Positions 1 to 9,163 of a stretch of DNA of 26,059 bases are shown here, piece by piece. Under the pieces are notes generated by a model. That model ran no database searches and was not told the origin of the DNA. It worked only from the letters and a program-made list of their open reading frames with translations. A program made the translations under genes and the position numbers. Within the stretch, counting starts at the first letter, position 1. Each line of letters opens with the position of its first letter. The DNA is from Vitrella brassicaformis CCMP3155 (lineage: Eukaryota > Protista > Chromerida): assembly GCA_001179505.1 (NCBI GenBank), contig CDMY01000736.1, positions 1 to 26,059 on the forward strand. Direction: 5' to 3'.

Positions 1-150
1 GAGACGGTACTGGAAGTCGTTCAGCGTCTTGTGGTCGTTGTAGGGGATAGCAGACAGCCAGCCGGATGAGAGGGCTCTCGACAACTCAACAGTCGACACC
101 GGGCTCTGCTGTTGGGCGGGAGGGAGTTGAAGAGGTCGTCGAAACGGATC
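1..150 (-). mobile_element. Fragment of CRE-like non-LTR retrotransposon ORF (segment between RT and zinc finger), frameshifted, running off the window's left edge
   Basis: Manual minus-strand translation gives IRFDDLFNSLPPNSRARCRLLSC, then after one frameshift SSGWLSAIPYNDHKTLNDFQYRL. This fits the 'LP..RAR.LS...GWL.A.P...L....F' block of CRE/RLE-type elements. Not in the ORF track. Confidence 0.65.
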
Positions 151-151
151 T

Positions 152-378
152 TGTGCAGTACTATCTACAGTGACAATGACATTGCGTTGAAGAAGTTGCG
201 TGGCGATTTGAAAGCCATACGGCGCACCAAGCACATTGACCGCGACTTTTGGACGTCTGCTCTTGAGTATGAGGCAGGCCTGTATGACCTTGCGTACGTA
301 CCAGGTAGTGTGAATCCGGCTGACTTACTAAGAGTCTTGACAGTGCAAAACACAAGCGCTTCACTTCTATGCTGTTGA
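152..378 (+). mobile_element. Ty1/copia RNase H C-terminal fragment
   Basis: TIYSDN...RRTKHID...YVPGSVNPADLL matches the copia RNase H motifs DN / RTKHID / NPAD. Confidence 0.85.
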
Positions 379-422
379 GTGATGCCCCTGCTGCATGATT
401 GTCCACCTCTCAGCTTCGCCGT

Positions 423-436
423 GAGGTGAGAAGGGG
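423..436 (+). other. Polypurine tract of copia element 1
   Basis: GAGGTGAGAAGGGG lies directly before TGTTG and downstream of the RNase H stop. Confidence 0.7.
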
Positions 437-652
437 TGTTGGGTTTTGATAGCAGGGTTTCTTGCTCGCCTTGCTAGCAGACCTGTCACACTATTTCATG
501 CTTCTCTCGGTGAGCGTTGCAGCTCTCGTACGTGTGTGGGCTGGCTATGCCCTATTGATGGACTCGTGCATTGCGTGCCTTGCTTGAAGGCTCTCCGGCA
601 GAGATTGATCCTTCTGACCACGGTGTGTGTTCGGCACACAGCAACCTCAACA
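437..652 (+). repeat. 3' LTR of copia element 1 (216 bp)
   Basis: Starts TGTTGGGTT after the PPT and ends AACCTCAACA, giving TGTTG...CAACA inverted termini. The partner LTR is not in the window. Confidence 0.7.
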
Positions 653-1530
653 CAATCTCCGAGTTCCCAAGCCCCTTGCAGTGCCGTCCTTCCCTCACCA
701 TGAGGCCGTGGAACCTTGCCATTGCCACATTCGATATCGTCCCTCTCGTATTCTTATGCGTCGGTATGCAGCTCCTCTCACATTGCTCTGCATCCAGAAA
801 CGTGCTTGTTGCGATGCAGCGTTGAAGTCAGACGAATGGCTCGTGCCAAGTGAGTTCGGATACGTCATGGATTCGAAATTCTCCTCTGAATTCCTCGCCT
901 CGGGCGTCGTACTCCTCATCATGTCCGTCTGCTGCAAGTGACTGCCATAAATGCTCGTGCCCTTCACGGAGACACATGCACGGATTCCGCGTGTCCATGG
1001 TCTGCCTGCAGCATTTGCTTGTCGTACACCGAGGGTGAGCTGACTGAACACCACACGCCGGAAGGAGCAATTACGAGTGCTGACTGACCCGCCATGTATC
1101 TCTGTGTGTCTGGTTCAAGACATGAGAATCGTAGCACTGTCTGTCATCGGCTCAATCTTCCACGTCTGCGTCGCAGTGGTGATGTTTCTTGTGACCGTCA
1201 GCTTCATGTTCGTCGGCTTGATCATCGGATGGTTCACCCCATCCCGCAACACTGGGACCTTCCTCAATTCTACAACACCGTCGTCACCTCCGGCTTCTTT
1301 TGTACGGCACACGGAGGAATAGAAGAGGCCGCCGGGGCGAGAATCGACCTGCAGCGCCTAGCTCAGCCCGATGCAGACGATGTGCCTGATACAATGGATG
1401 TCTCTGTGCGCATACCTGCGCATGCACGCGTGGACTTGGAGTGTGTCAAATACGTAGCCCTGAGGCGGCTCTCGTGCGTGAGGCCTTGGTAGAGGTGGTA
1501 TCGAAGGCTGTGGGTGTCGGACAGGAAGGT
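653..1530 (+). pseudogene. Degraded spliced gene for a multi-pass membrane protein of unknown family
   Basis: Hydrophobic stretches lie in different frames (LAIATFDIVPLVFLCVGM; FLASGVVLLIMSV; IVALSVIGSIFHVCVAVVMFLVTVSFMFVGLIIGW), with stops and frameshifts between them. Canonical-looking intron GTGAGC...TTCAAG at 1035-1119. Confidence 0.4.
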
Positions 1531-3224
1531 GATGAACCTTCTGGTGGATCGTCTGATGGATGGACGAGTGATCCAGGCCAAGTGGGTCTTCAAACAGAAG
1601 CCCGACAGGAAGAAAGCGCGGTTGGTCGCCAAAGGCTTCCAACAGCGGCTGAGACCTGACGAAGAGACGTATGCACCTACGATGTCTGGACAGGCTGTCC
1701 GTACCTTTATGGCGGCTGTATTGAAGAAAGGGTGGTCGATGCGTCAGCTGGACGTGAACACCGCTTTCCTCAACGCGCCACTGGACACTCCTGTGTACAT
1801 GGAGTGCCCAGAAGGATACGAGAAGCCTGGACATGTCATTCGACTGCGGAAGGCCCTGTATGGGCTGAGGGAGGCGCCGAGAGCATGGAATCAGCGAGCC
1901 ACTCGACGCTGATCCCTGCATCTTCACACACAAGACACGACAGCTGTGGCTGGGTGTGGTTGTCGATGACATTGTCTATGCTGGGTGTGATGCTGACCTC
2001 GATTGGTTCTTGGAGGAAATCGGCCAACGATTTGCCATCAAGGATCTCGGCGAAGTCGACACCTTCGTAGGCATCAAGGTCAAATACGACAAAGAGAAGG
2101 GAGAGATGACACTCTCGCAAGAGAAGTACATCTCTAGCCTGCTCACCAAGTTCCGAATGGAGCGAGCCAACCCAGCCATGACGCCATTGCCACCAGGTGT
2201 GCCTTTGAGCTCAGAAATGGGCCCTCGAGCAGAGGCAGAGGCAGAGGCCGCACGTGAGTTGCCGTACAGAGAGCTGGTTGGAAGCCTGCTGTACAGCGCA
2301 ATCACAGTGAGACCAGACATTGCCTATGCGTGCAAGGAACTGACCAAGTTCTTTTCGTGCTGGGGCAAGACTCACTTCAAATATGCGTGCCGCGTGCTTC
2401 GGTACCTGAAGGGGACCGCTGGGCGAGGATTGGTCTTCAAGCGAAAGGCCACTGACGATGTGTTGAACTGCCCCCATTGTGGTGTCCGTCACGAGGAGCC
2501 ACAAGAGGGCAAGCACATCATCATGGCCGGGACGAGGAGGATCGATCTGCACAAACCACACCGCATACACATATGCCATGAGTGCGGCAACCATTGGGAT
2601 GAAGGCCGACCTACTCTTGGGCACATACCTGGCCACGAAGATGACGAGAACACCGCGGCGCTTGTCGCCTATGCGGATGTGTCATGGGCCGACCAGGAGA
2701 ACGCCAAGAGCACCGGCGGCTTCGTCATCCAGATGGATGGCTGCCCGATCGCGTGGTCGAGCAGAACGCAGTCGATTGTGGCCCTGAGTAGCACAGAGTC
2801 AGAGTACATCGCTGCAAGTGACTGCACTCGTGAGCTGCTGTACTTGATGCAACTGATGGAGGGGCTGGGCTTCAAGGTGCCACCCACGGTCCTGTATGGC
2901 GACAACGATGGTTGCGTACAGAACATCAAGAACCATCAGGCCTCAAAGAAGAGGAGGCATGTTGCTATCAAGTACCATCATGTGCGCAGCACTTACCAGG
3001 ACGGGAAGATAAGGCCCGAGTACGTGCCGTCGAAGGAGAATGTTGCTGATCTCCTGACGAAGTCGCTCCCTGCCTCACAGCACGCAAAGCTGACGTGCAC
3101 GGTGACGAGAGGAGCCGACGCCATCACTCTCAGCAGCGATGGGCTGACGACAGAGCCTGAGAGGCAGAAGAGAAAGCGTCGGACATCAAAGAGTGATGGG
3201 AGAAAGAGGCGCAAGGTGGACTAG
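1514..3224 (+). pseudogene. Copia pol RT-RNase H, frameshifted by a deletion at about 1897
   Basis: RT motifs KARLVAKGF, QLDVNTAFLNA, LRKALYGLREAPRAWN, DPCIF, VVDD, RPDIAY. RNase H motifs YADVSWA, IAWSSRTQSIVALSSTESEYIA, DN, KHVAIKYHHVR-like, ENVADLLTK. ORFs 1514-1912 and 1956-3224 join across a frameshift where the usual 'L...L...GF' segment is missing. Confidence 0.92.
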
Positions 3225-3651
3225 GGATGCAGTGAGTCCCACAGTGCTGTGTAGTGTGTGACTGACCCATCGGTTGGGAGAGTACACCGCTCCTGCTTCC
3301 AGATGGAACCGTTCATTGGTGGGTTGGCTCGGCTGCCGTCCTCCGCCTGACCAACACACACAAACATCGGAAAACATGGAGAAGCACACCCATGACCAAC
3401 CTCTGGGTTTGGGGATCAGGGTTTGGCTAGAGCTCCGTGATTCCTAGAGCCGTGTGCGAAGAGGGGTGTTGCGGAATGTATACGCTCACAGCTGGACAGA
3501 GGCGCCTGTACAGGAAGCACATGTAGGCCCGTGGCCTAAGATGATCCATAGATCCGCCCAATCAGCGTTAGGGCGATCACTGCTTCGCGTGCAAAAGACT
3601 CTTGCGTGTTCCGTAAAGGCTCCTTGTGCTTGGTGTGCGTTAGCCGATACA
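1535..3651 (+). mobile_element. 5'-truncated Ty1/copia LTR retrotransposon (element 2): RT, RNase H, 3' UTR, PPT and 3' LTR
   Basis: RT starts abruptly at LVDRLMDGRVIQAKWVFK with no gag, PR, IN, PBS or 5' LTR. PPT GAAGAGGGG at 3458-3466 is followed by TGTTG. Confidence 0.9.
3467..3651 (+). repeat. 3' LTR of copia element 2 (about 185 bp; right end tentative)
   Basis: TGTTGCGG follows the PPT. CCGATACA at 3644-3651 is a 6/8 inverted match to it. Confidence 0.55.
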
Positions 3652-4274
3652 CAACTAAACTCAAAAGTCTCGCCGAACTACACGCATAAAGAGAGTGAAG
3701 AAAACGAGTATCACTGGGACGACAATCTCAGCGTCCTTGAGCAACTTCCCTTAGTTCTACCAGTGGGAGAAGGAGCCACCAAATGAGAGCAGTGACGTGG
3801 AAAAAGGAAACAAACCCCGAGGAGCGACAGCCACACGTGAGCAGGAGCGACAGCCACAATGTGATATTCAGCCATTCGTGTCTGGGGCAAAACCAACTGA
3901 CAGATCACCTGAATATCACATTCGTCCCGTGTAGTCCGTACGTGTATCCTGAGTGGGGGAAATGTGTTTCATCTCTTGTGAGTGCGCTGCAGACCGATGC
4001 GAAAGACATAGACACGTGATTTGATGTGTAACGATGCGCCGGGGGCCACACACGCGTTGGTCCACGGCACGGAAAGAAATGAACAGTCGATCGTGATGTA
4101 ATAATGACAAGCTCCAGACACTCAAATGGACAAATGATGCTCATGAAAAGCACACGTGAATGCAATGGACAGACGAGCAGACTGACAGACAGACAGACAG
4201 CCAACCACACGGCGCGCGCATCCAGGCCAATCAACACACACTAACACCACACGGGTACTCACAGGGGAGCACCC

Positions 4275-4765
4275 TCAGAAAATGAGAGGCTCCCCAGGCA
4301 CGAACATCCCAGCCCCATCACCCCAACGCCCCCTCTGATATAGCCAGCGCCACCGGCCCTTCCTCCTGGGCCGCCGCAGACACGCAGACACCGAACGAGC
4401 CAGGCACACTGACAGCCGCGCCCGAATCCATTGTTCGACCCGGCCAGTGCCATATCTGTCCCATCGCCCCTCTTGTTGATGAGCTCGGCCAAGCGGCGAA
4501 TGAAGCGATCGGCCTCCCCTCCCGTACACGCCCTCACACGTCACGATGAATGCCGTGAAGTCCATGCGGTTGAGCCGACACACGTCAAGGTGGTGGTCCC
4601 TCTTGAGCTTCTCCCTCTCGCGGGTGATCGCGCCGGTGGTCTTGCCCTGGTTGCAGCGAGCGTCAGCGTCGGTCACGCAGAAATCGATCGACAGCTCGCG
4701 GCCGCTTGGCCAAAACCTCGACACGAACAGGTCCGTGCGGACGAAGGGGTCGTTGGGGACACCAT
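4275..4765 (-). mobile_element. C-terminal restriction-like endonuclease (PD-D/ExK) domain of a CRE-type non-LTR retrotransposon, with two compensating frameshifts
   Basis: VRTDLFVSRFW...IDFCVTDADA...EREKLK..H...C...MDFTAFIVTCEGVYG; shifted frame EADRFIRRLAELI; back in frame WIRARLSVCLARSVSACLR...DGAG. This is the typical CRE-like C-terminus. Frameshifts at about 4517 and 4468. Confidence 0.8.
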
Positions 4766-5417
4766 CTGGCTCATCCAAAAAAAAAAGGACATAGACACAC
4801 AGAGGAGCGCACAGGAGTGGATCATGGACGCATTTACAATGCAATACGTGAAGCTGGCTGGTCTGCGAATATGGCTGATGACTGCAGGCGGAGAATTCCA
4901 TTAGCCAATGACCATCCCTAGCGACAAAAGGAAGGGTTGAAAAACCGGGCTAGAGCACTAGAGCTCAAAAGTGACCACCACCAGGAAGGTACTGCCACGA
5001 GACATGACCTCTCAGAGAGTACTGCTCCTGACGAGCGACAATGTATCGGTGTCTAATGGAAGCTTGGTCCCCCAAAGAACCGCATAAGCATTATAGTTCA
5101 GCTGCCAGACCCACTTTTAGACCTCAAATCATATATATTTCGGTCAGATTTGATGTTGAGAGGAAACTCCATGGACTGTGGCACTTGCCCGGTCTGTCTC
5201 CGAGGGCCACTTCCCTTGTCGAGGTGCGAAACAGACGAGCACGAACGACCCACTTCACCCCTGGCCATATGACTCGTCACTTCACACACTCGTCGTACGG
5301 AGCTTCGTGCTGTCGTCCCTGTTGGTGCCTTTGGCTCTGTCTCTTTGTCAGTGTTTGCGGCTTCAACGGAGTTCGTCGCTTCAACGGTTTTTGTCAGTCA
5401 TCTTTGTCCCTGGATGA

Positions 5418-6426
5418 TTGACAAGGGAGGGTGGGTATATCCATCATGTCGCAATCGCCGTTCTTCTTTTCCCGCTCGCTGGGGCCTTCTTTCTTATGGA
5501 TGTGGTGCGTGGCGACTCTGACATTGCAGTCCTTCGTCATCCCTTCGTCGGTTTCGCCACCAAAAAGTGGAAGCTGAGGGCTCACGGAGAGGCGGGAGAG
5601 GACCCTCTGCTGCCAATCTATGAAGTTCGCGACTCCCCTGAGGGGCTCAGATACGCCACAATGGAAGGCATCTCCATTACTCGCGATGGCAGTGTCTCAA
5701 GGGCACAGTCCATCGTGGACCTTGCGTATCGGCAGGTCGACCAAAGAGAGCACGCTGACTGGCTTGACGAAGAGGCAGCCACCTACCGAGGACCGGGAGT
5801 TGCACATCAAGCACTCACAGCACCAGACGGAGAAATGCGCCTCGCTGCCCCCCTGAGGAAGAAGATTGATGCGCTCAAGGGAAAGAGGGGCAGCGTCAGC
5901 GGAGAGCTTATGGGCGACACCTCAGTCCCGTTGCGGCTGATGGTATTCGGTGCATCCGGAGACGAAAGGTGGCATTCCCACCACAGATCAAGGCTGCCAT
6001 GGGCAGGGGGCTCATCCGGACACAACAAGAGCTACAGGCAATGCGGGCTCAGCTTATCGAGGAGATGGCAAACGAAACGGCTGCGAGCGTAGATGTAAAG
6101 AGCCCGACAAGACAGTTTCAGCCCAGCTGCAGGGCTTCTCCCTCTGTGCCGCGGTGTGTGACGGCTTCAAGCGGTCGGTGACGTACGGGGCCCGGATCAA
6201 CCGCAGCGGTCGTCCTACCTTCTGGTTCGCCGTCCCCGACTGCCGTGACTGTCATCGCCCCCTCTTCCTGGACGTCTCGCCCGCTCCCATCCTCGTTCAA
6301 ATCTTCGACGAGCGTGTCTCTCGTCCCCTCACCGAAGACGAGGAGGAGCGTCTCTTGCCAGATTTCCTCCCTGCCTTCAGGGAGCTGACCACTCGGCCTG
6401 ACTTCGTTTTTGCCGACCGGCTCTAG
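5418..6426 (+). pseudogene. Frameshifted gene of unknown family (about 335 aa if repaired)
   Basis: Three overlapping ORFs (5418-6092, 5969-6181, 5950-6426) join into continuous protein-like sequence with two 1-nt shifts at about 5968 and 6100. No domain recognised. Confidence 0.45.
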
Positions 6427-6482
6427 CTGGAGAGACACGCGAATGGGTGGGCTGCATGCGGTCAATGCTTTGATTTCCCCTC

Positions 6483-6594
6483 GTGCGACATGTTTCGCAG
6501 TCAACGAGCGTTGTCCATTGTCTTGGCATGTCTTGTTCCGCTTTGCTTGCTTGATACGAGCTGATGCTTTGACGAAGTTCGTCGCCGGTTTCAT
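6483..6594 (+). repeat. Dispersed 112-bp repeat, copy 1
   Basis: Aligns by eye to 23989-24101 with about 15 mismatches and 1 gap. Confidence 0.9.
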
Positions 6595-6948
6595 TAAACA
6601 ACCAATGGAGTGAGCTGGGAGCCAAAAAACATTGCAAATTCACCGCCTCAAAGGAAAGCCGATTTCTCACGGGTCCCAAACTGAATATTGCCGACTAAAA
6701 GCAGGAACATTACCTGTCACATGAAGTGCCTACGAAAAATGCAGACTCGCTACATCGAGAATGCAGTGACAGTCGCCCGAACCTGTTTGAGCGCTACAAT
6801 GTGAATAGTCAATTTTCAACCGCAGATCATCATTGCAGCTGTGACATACAAGGCGATTCCGAAGGGAAGAGCATAACGCGACAACCAACCTGTTTTCTTT
6901 CGTTCGCCTTTTCCGCTCTATCAGCCACCCGCTCTAAAACCACAAGAT

Positions 6949-8056
6949 TCAACCTTGAATCCGGCATTTGCCGGAAGGGGTCGAGACAGTGATGTTCGTC
7001 CCGGTACGGGCAATGGAAAGAGCAAGATAATCACACGCATCCATGGCATGTGTTGGAGCGATGGCGGCCTTGTCGGGGCGGAAGTGGGCCTCATTGGCGA
7101 GAAATGTGTGCATGCTGGTCTCCCATCGGGACGTGTTGAAGCTCCTGAAGGCGTCAGTCCATCTGAGAATGAAACCTGAGGTAGATAGACAGCACAGCAA
7201 GTCACACAAACAGTTGCTCTATTCTTCGCCTACCCTCGGAAAGTGGATCATAGTCATACACTTTCACGTAGTCGTAATACACGGTGAGCGGCAGCCTGGT
7301 GTGTTTTGCATCGAATATTCCGGCCCAGTGCTCGGCCCACGGCAGCAGCGGATTGAGTGGCCATACGGACATCCGAAGATTCATCGCCTCGTTGAGCTGC
7401 GCCACTTGAGGACTGCAAAGCGCCCCTGTCACGCCCTGAGCTTCGCAAGAGACTTCGTGACGGATGCGCTGCCCGTCAAAAAACCAAGCGACATGGTCCG
7501 GTGTCCATTCGATGGCGAAGTGATGGAACCCTGTCTTTACTGCTTTCGTCTGCGTTTCCACGTCTCTTGAGCGACCAGGCGCGGGGAAGAACATCTCGGA
7601 ACTGCTGCGGTCTTCCATGGTGCCGGTTATAATGTTGGTCTGGATCGGCTCCTCGCTGTGGTTCCCCATGCCGTGAACCTCAAAGTCGATCTCCTTCCAC
7701 GACGCCCCGCGAATTTTATCGCTCTCGTTCTTGTAAAGGAAGAAGGTAACCACGGTGCCATTGGCGCGGGTGTTTGGGAACAAGCGTGTCTCAAATCGCC
7801 CATATCTGAAGGGCTCAACACTGGCTACTTCTGCAGCATCGAAATTACGCCCGCAGTGCCCATAACAAGATCCTCCGAGGCCGGGGCAAAGGCAGCGAAC
7901 GTCATCGGTCTGAAGCCGCGCTGCGTCGATGAAGGGATCGCAATCGCTGCTTCGGCGCTCACGGGGTCCGTCTACGGGGACAACCGCGCTTTGCTGGGCA
8001 ACGTTTTTCAGCGCAAACAGCGCCCACACACTCGCTTGGAGTTCCAGTCGTTTCAT
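6949..8056 (-). CDS. GH16 endo-beta-1,3-1,4-glucanase (lichenase-like), circularly permuted Fibrobacter type; exons 8056-7234 and 7175-6949, 349 aa
   Basis: ATG at 8056 with a weakly signal-peptide-like N-terminus. Motifs YGRFETRL, catalytic WKEIDFE (EIDFE at 7693-7679), QTNIITG, FHHFAIEWTPDHVAWFFDG, YVKVYDY. Splicing the phase-1 intron restores the frame into FILRWTDAF..F..SRW; spliced CDS is 1050 nt. Confidence 0.9.
7176..7233 (-). other. 58-nt spliceosomal intron in the GH16 gene
   Basis: GTAGGC...CTATCTACCTCAG. Removal joins YDYDPLSE-G-FILRWTD in frame. Confidence 0.85.
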
Positions 8057-8529
8057 TCACCCGACAAATAAATATGATAACACAACGGTTAGGGCCAGCC
8101 CCCAGTCTTCAGAGAGGTTTCCTCCTTTCTTACCGATAGAATCGTTTACACGGAAGCATGGGCGACCAGCACGTCTGATCTAGAGTCGGTATGGATTTGC
8201 ACACGCAAAGACACAAGCAATCGCAGAAACACATGCGCACTATACGGCATGGATGATAGCAGCACTCTGATATAAACCGAACAGCCCATCAAACGCAATC
8301 ACACAAGCGACTATCACATGCCCTACCAAACCACCCAACAACCCAAGCCCGACCCATAACAACACGTCCTCCTCTCTCGGCGTCGTGACGGACCTAGCGA
8401 TACCTTTTTCGCCTCCCTCCTTCCTTGTTCGAGTCCCAGTGCAAAGCACCTCAGTGGGAGCCTGCCTCGGCTCTCGAAAGACCTGGTGGTCCGTGCGGCG
8501 TTCAGGGACTATCTAAAGCTTTCGTGACT

Positions 8530-8796
8530 GGCCGTGTGCCACTGTGCCAGTGCAAGCGTGCCGCGTGTGTCTGAAGACGTCGCTACCAGGCCGCGGGCCT
8601 GTTTGCGCCCGGTGGACACCCCGGCCGGCCGTGTGCCGGTGTCGAGTGTGGTTGCTGGAGAACAGTTTTTTGCGATAGGCCGTGCGCTTGTTTCGATTGG
8701 CCGTGGGCCTGAGGAGTTACCTTTTCCGGCCGTGAGCCGGTGTCAAGGTAGGCCGTGTGCCTATTAGGGCGTGACCGCTGCTGCAGGCCGTGTGCC
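8530..8796 (+). repeat. Cluster of 8 GGCCGYGNGCY motifs (possible transposon subterminal repeats)
   Basis: Copies start at 8530, 8589, 8627, 8678, 8699, 8728, 8751 and 8786. Confidence 0.75.
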
Positions 8797-9045
8797 TGGA
8801 TCTTCCCGTGTTTGTCTCCCTGCCTGGCCCAGTGCTACAGGGTGGCATGAAATGACACACGGACAGTTAACACACGAGAAGAAACATGACACTGAAGAGC
8901 ATTTCGCCTCATCGTTGATGATATACCGCTGCGCTGATGAAGGGAGGGAGATGTCAGCATCTCTCCCGTGTTCTAGAATTGAGCAGGATTAGGGTAGCCG
9001 TTGTGAAACTGACAGATTAAGGCCACACCCTTATTCTGTCAAGCG
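8665..9045 (+). repeat. Non-coding repeat block, copy 1 (probable transposon end)
   Basis: Identical to 10689-11070 except for the 6-nt versus 7-nt spacer between the inverted arms. The copies diverge completely after AGCG. Confidence 0.9.
8835..8853 (+). repeat. Tc1/mariner-like terminal sequence TA-CAGGGTGGCATGAAAT (also at about 10860 and 21562)
   Basis: The 21-mer TGCTACAGGGTGGCATGAAAT is exact at 8833-8853 and 21560-21580. TA|CAGGGTG is a common mariner/Tc1 terminus. No partner TIR found. Confidence 0.4.
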
Positions 9046-9163
9046 CCTCCTCACGAACCCGAGCTCGCAGATCCCAAGGCAGATCTCGAGGCATCCTCAG
9101 CCTTGTTTTCTTTTGGCTGAGGATGCCATCGGCTTCCCCTCCCTCCGGGGGTCATGTTGGTCC

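Noticed and set aside
1058-1069. SRP RNA-like CCGGAAGGAGCA
   Set aside because: Lies inside a probable intron with no surrounding helix 8 pairing.
437-3651. One copia element that captured a host membrane gene between two LTRs
   Set aside because: The two LTRs share only TGTTG and each follows its own PPT, so both are 3' LTRs of different elements.
8240-8449. Minus-strand ORF with a TM-like stretch upstream of GH16
   Set aside because: No ATG start and composition explained by GT-rich non-coding sequence.
8530-8796. CRISPR-like array
   Set aside because: Repeats are 11 bp and degenerate with irregular spacing, the context is eukaryotic, and there are no cas genes.
8934-9010. Hammerhead ribozyme (CTGATGA followed by a stem)
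   Set aside because: No GAAA directly after stem II and no stems I and III.
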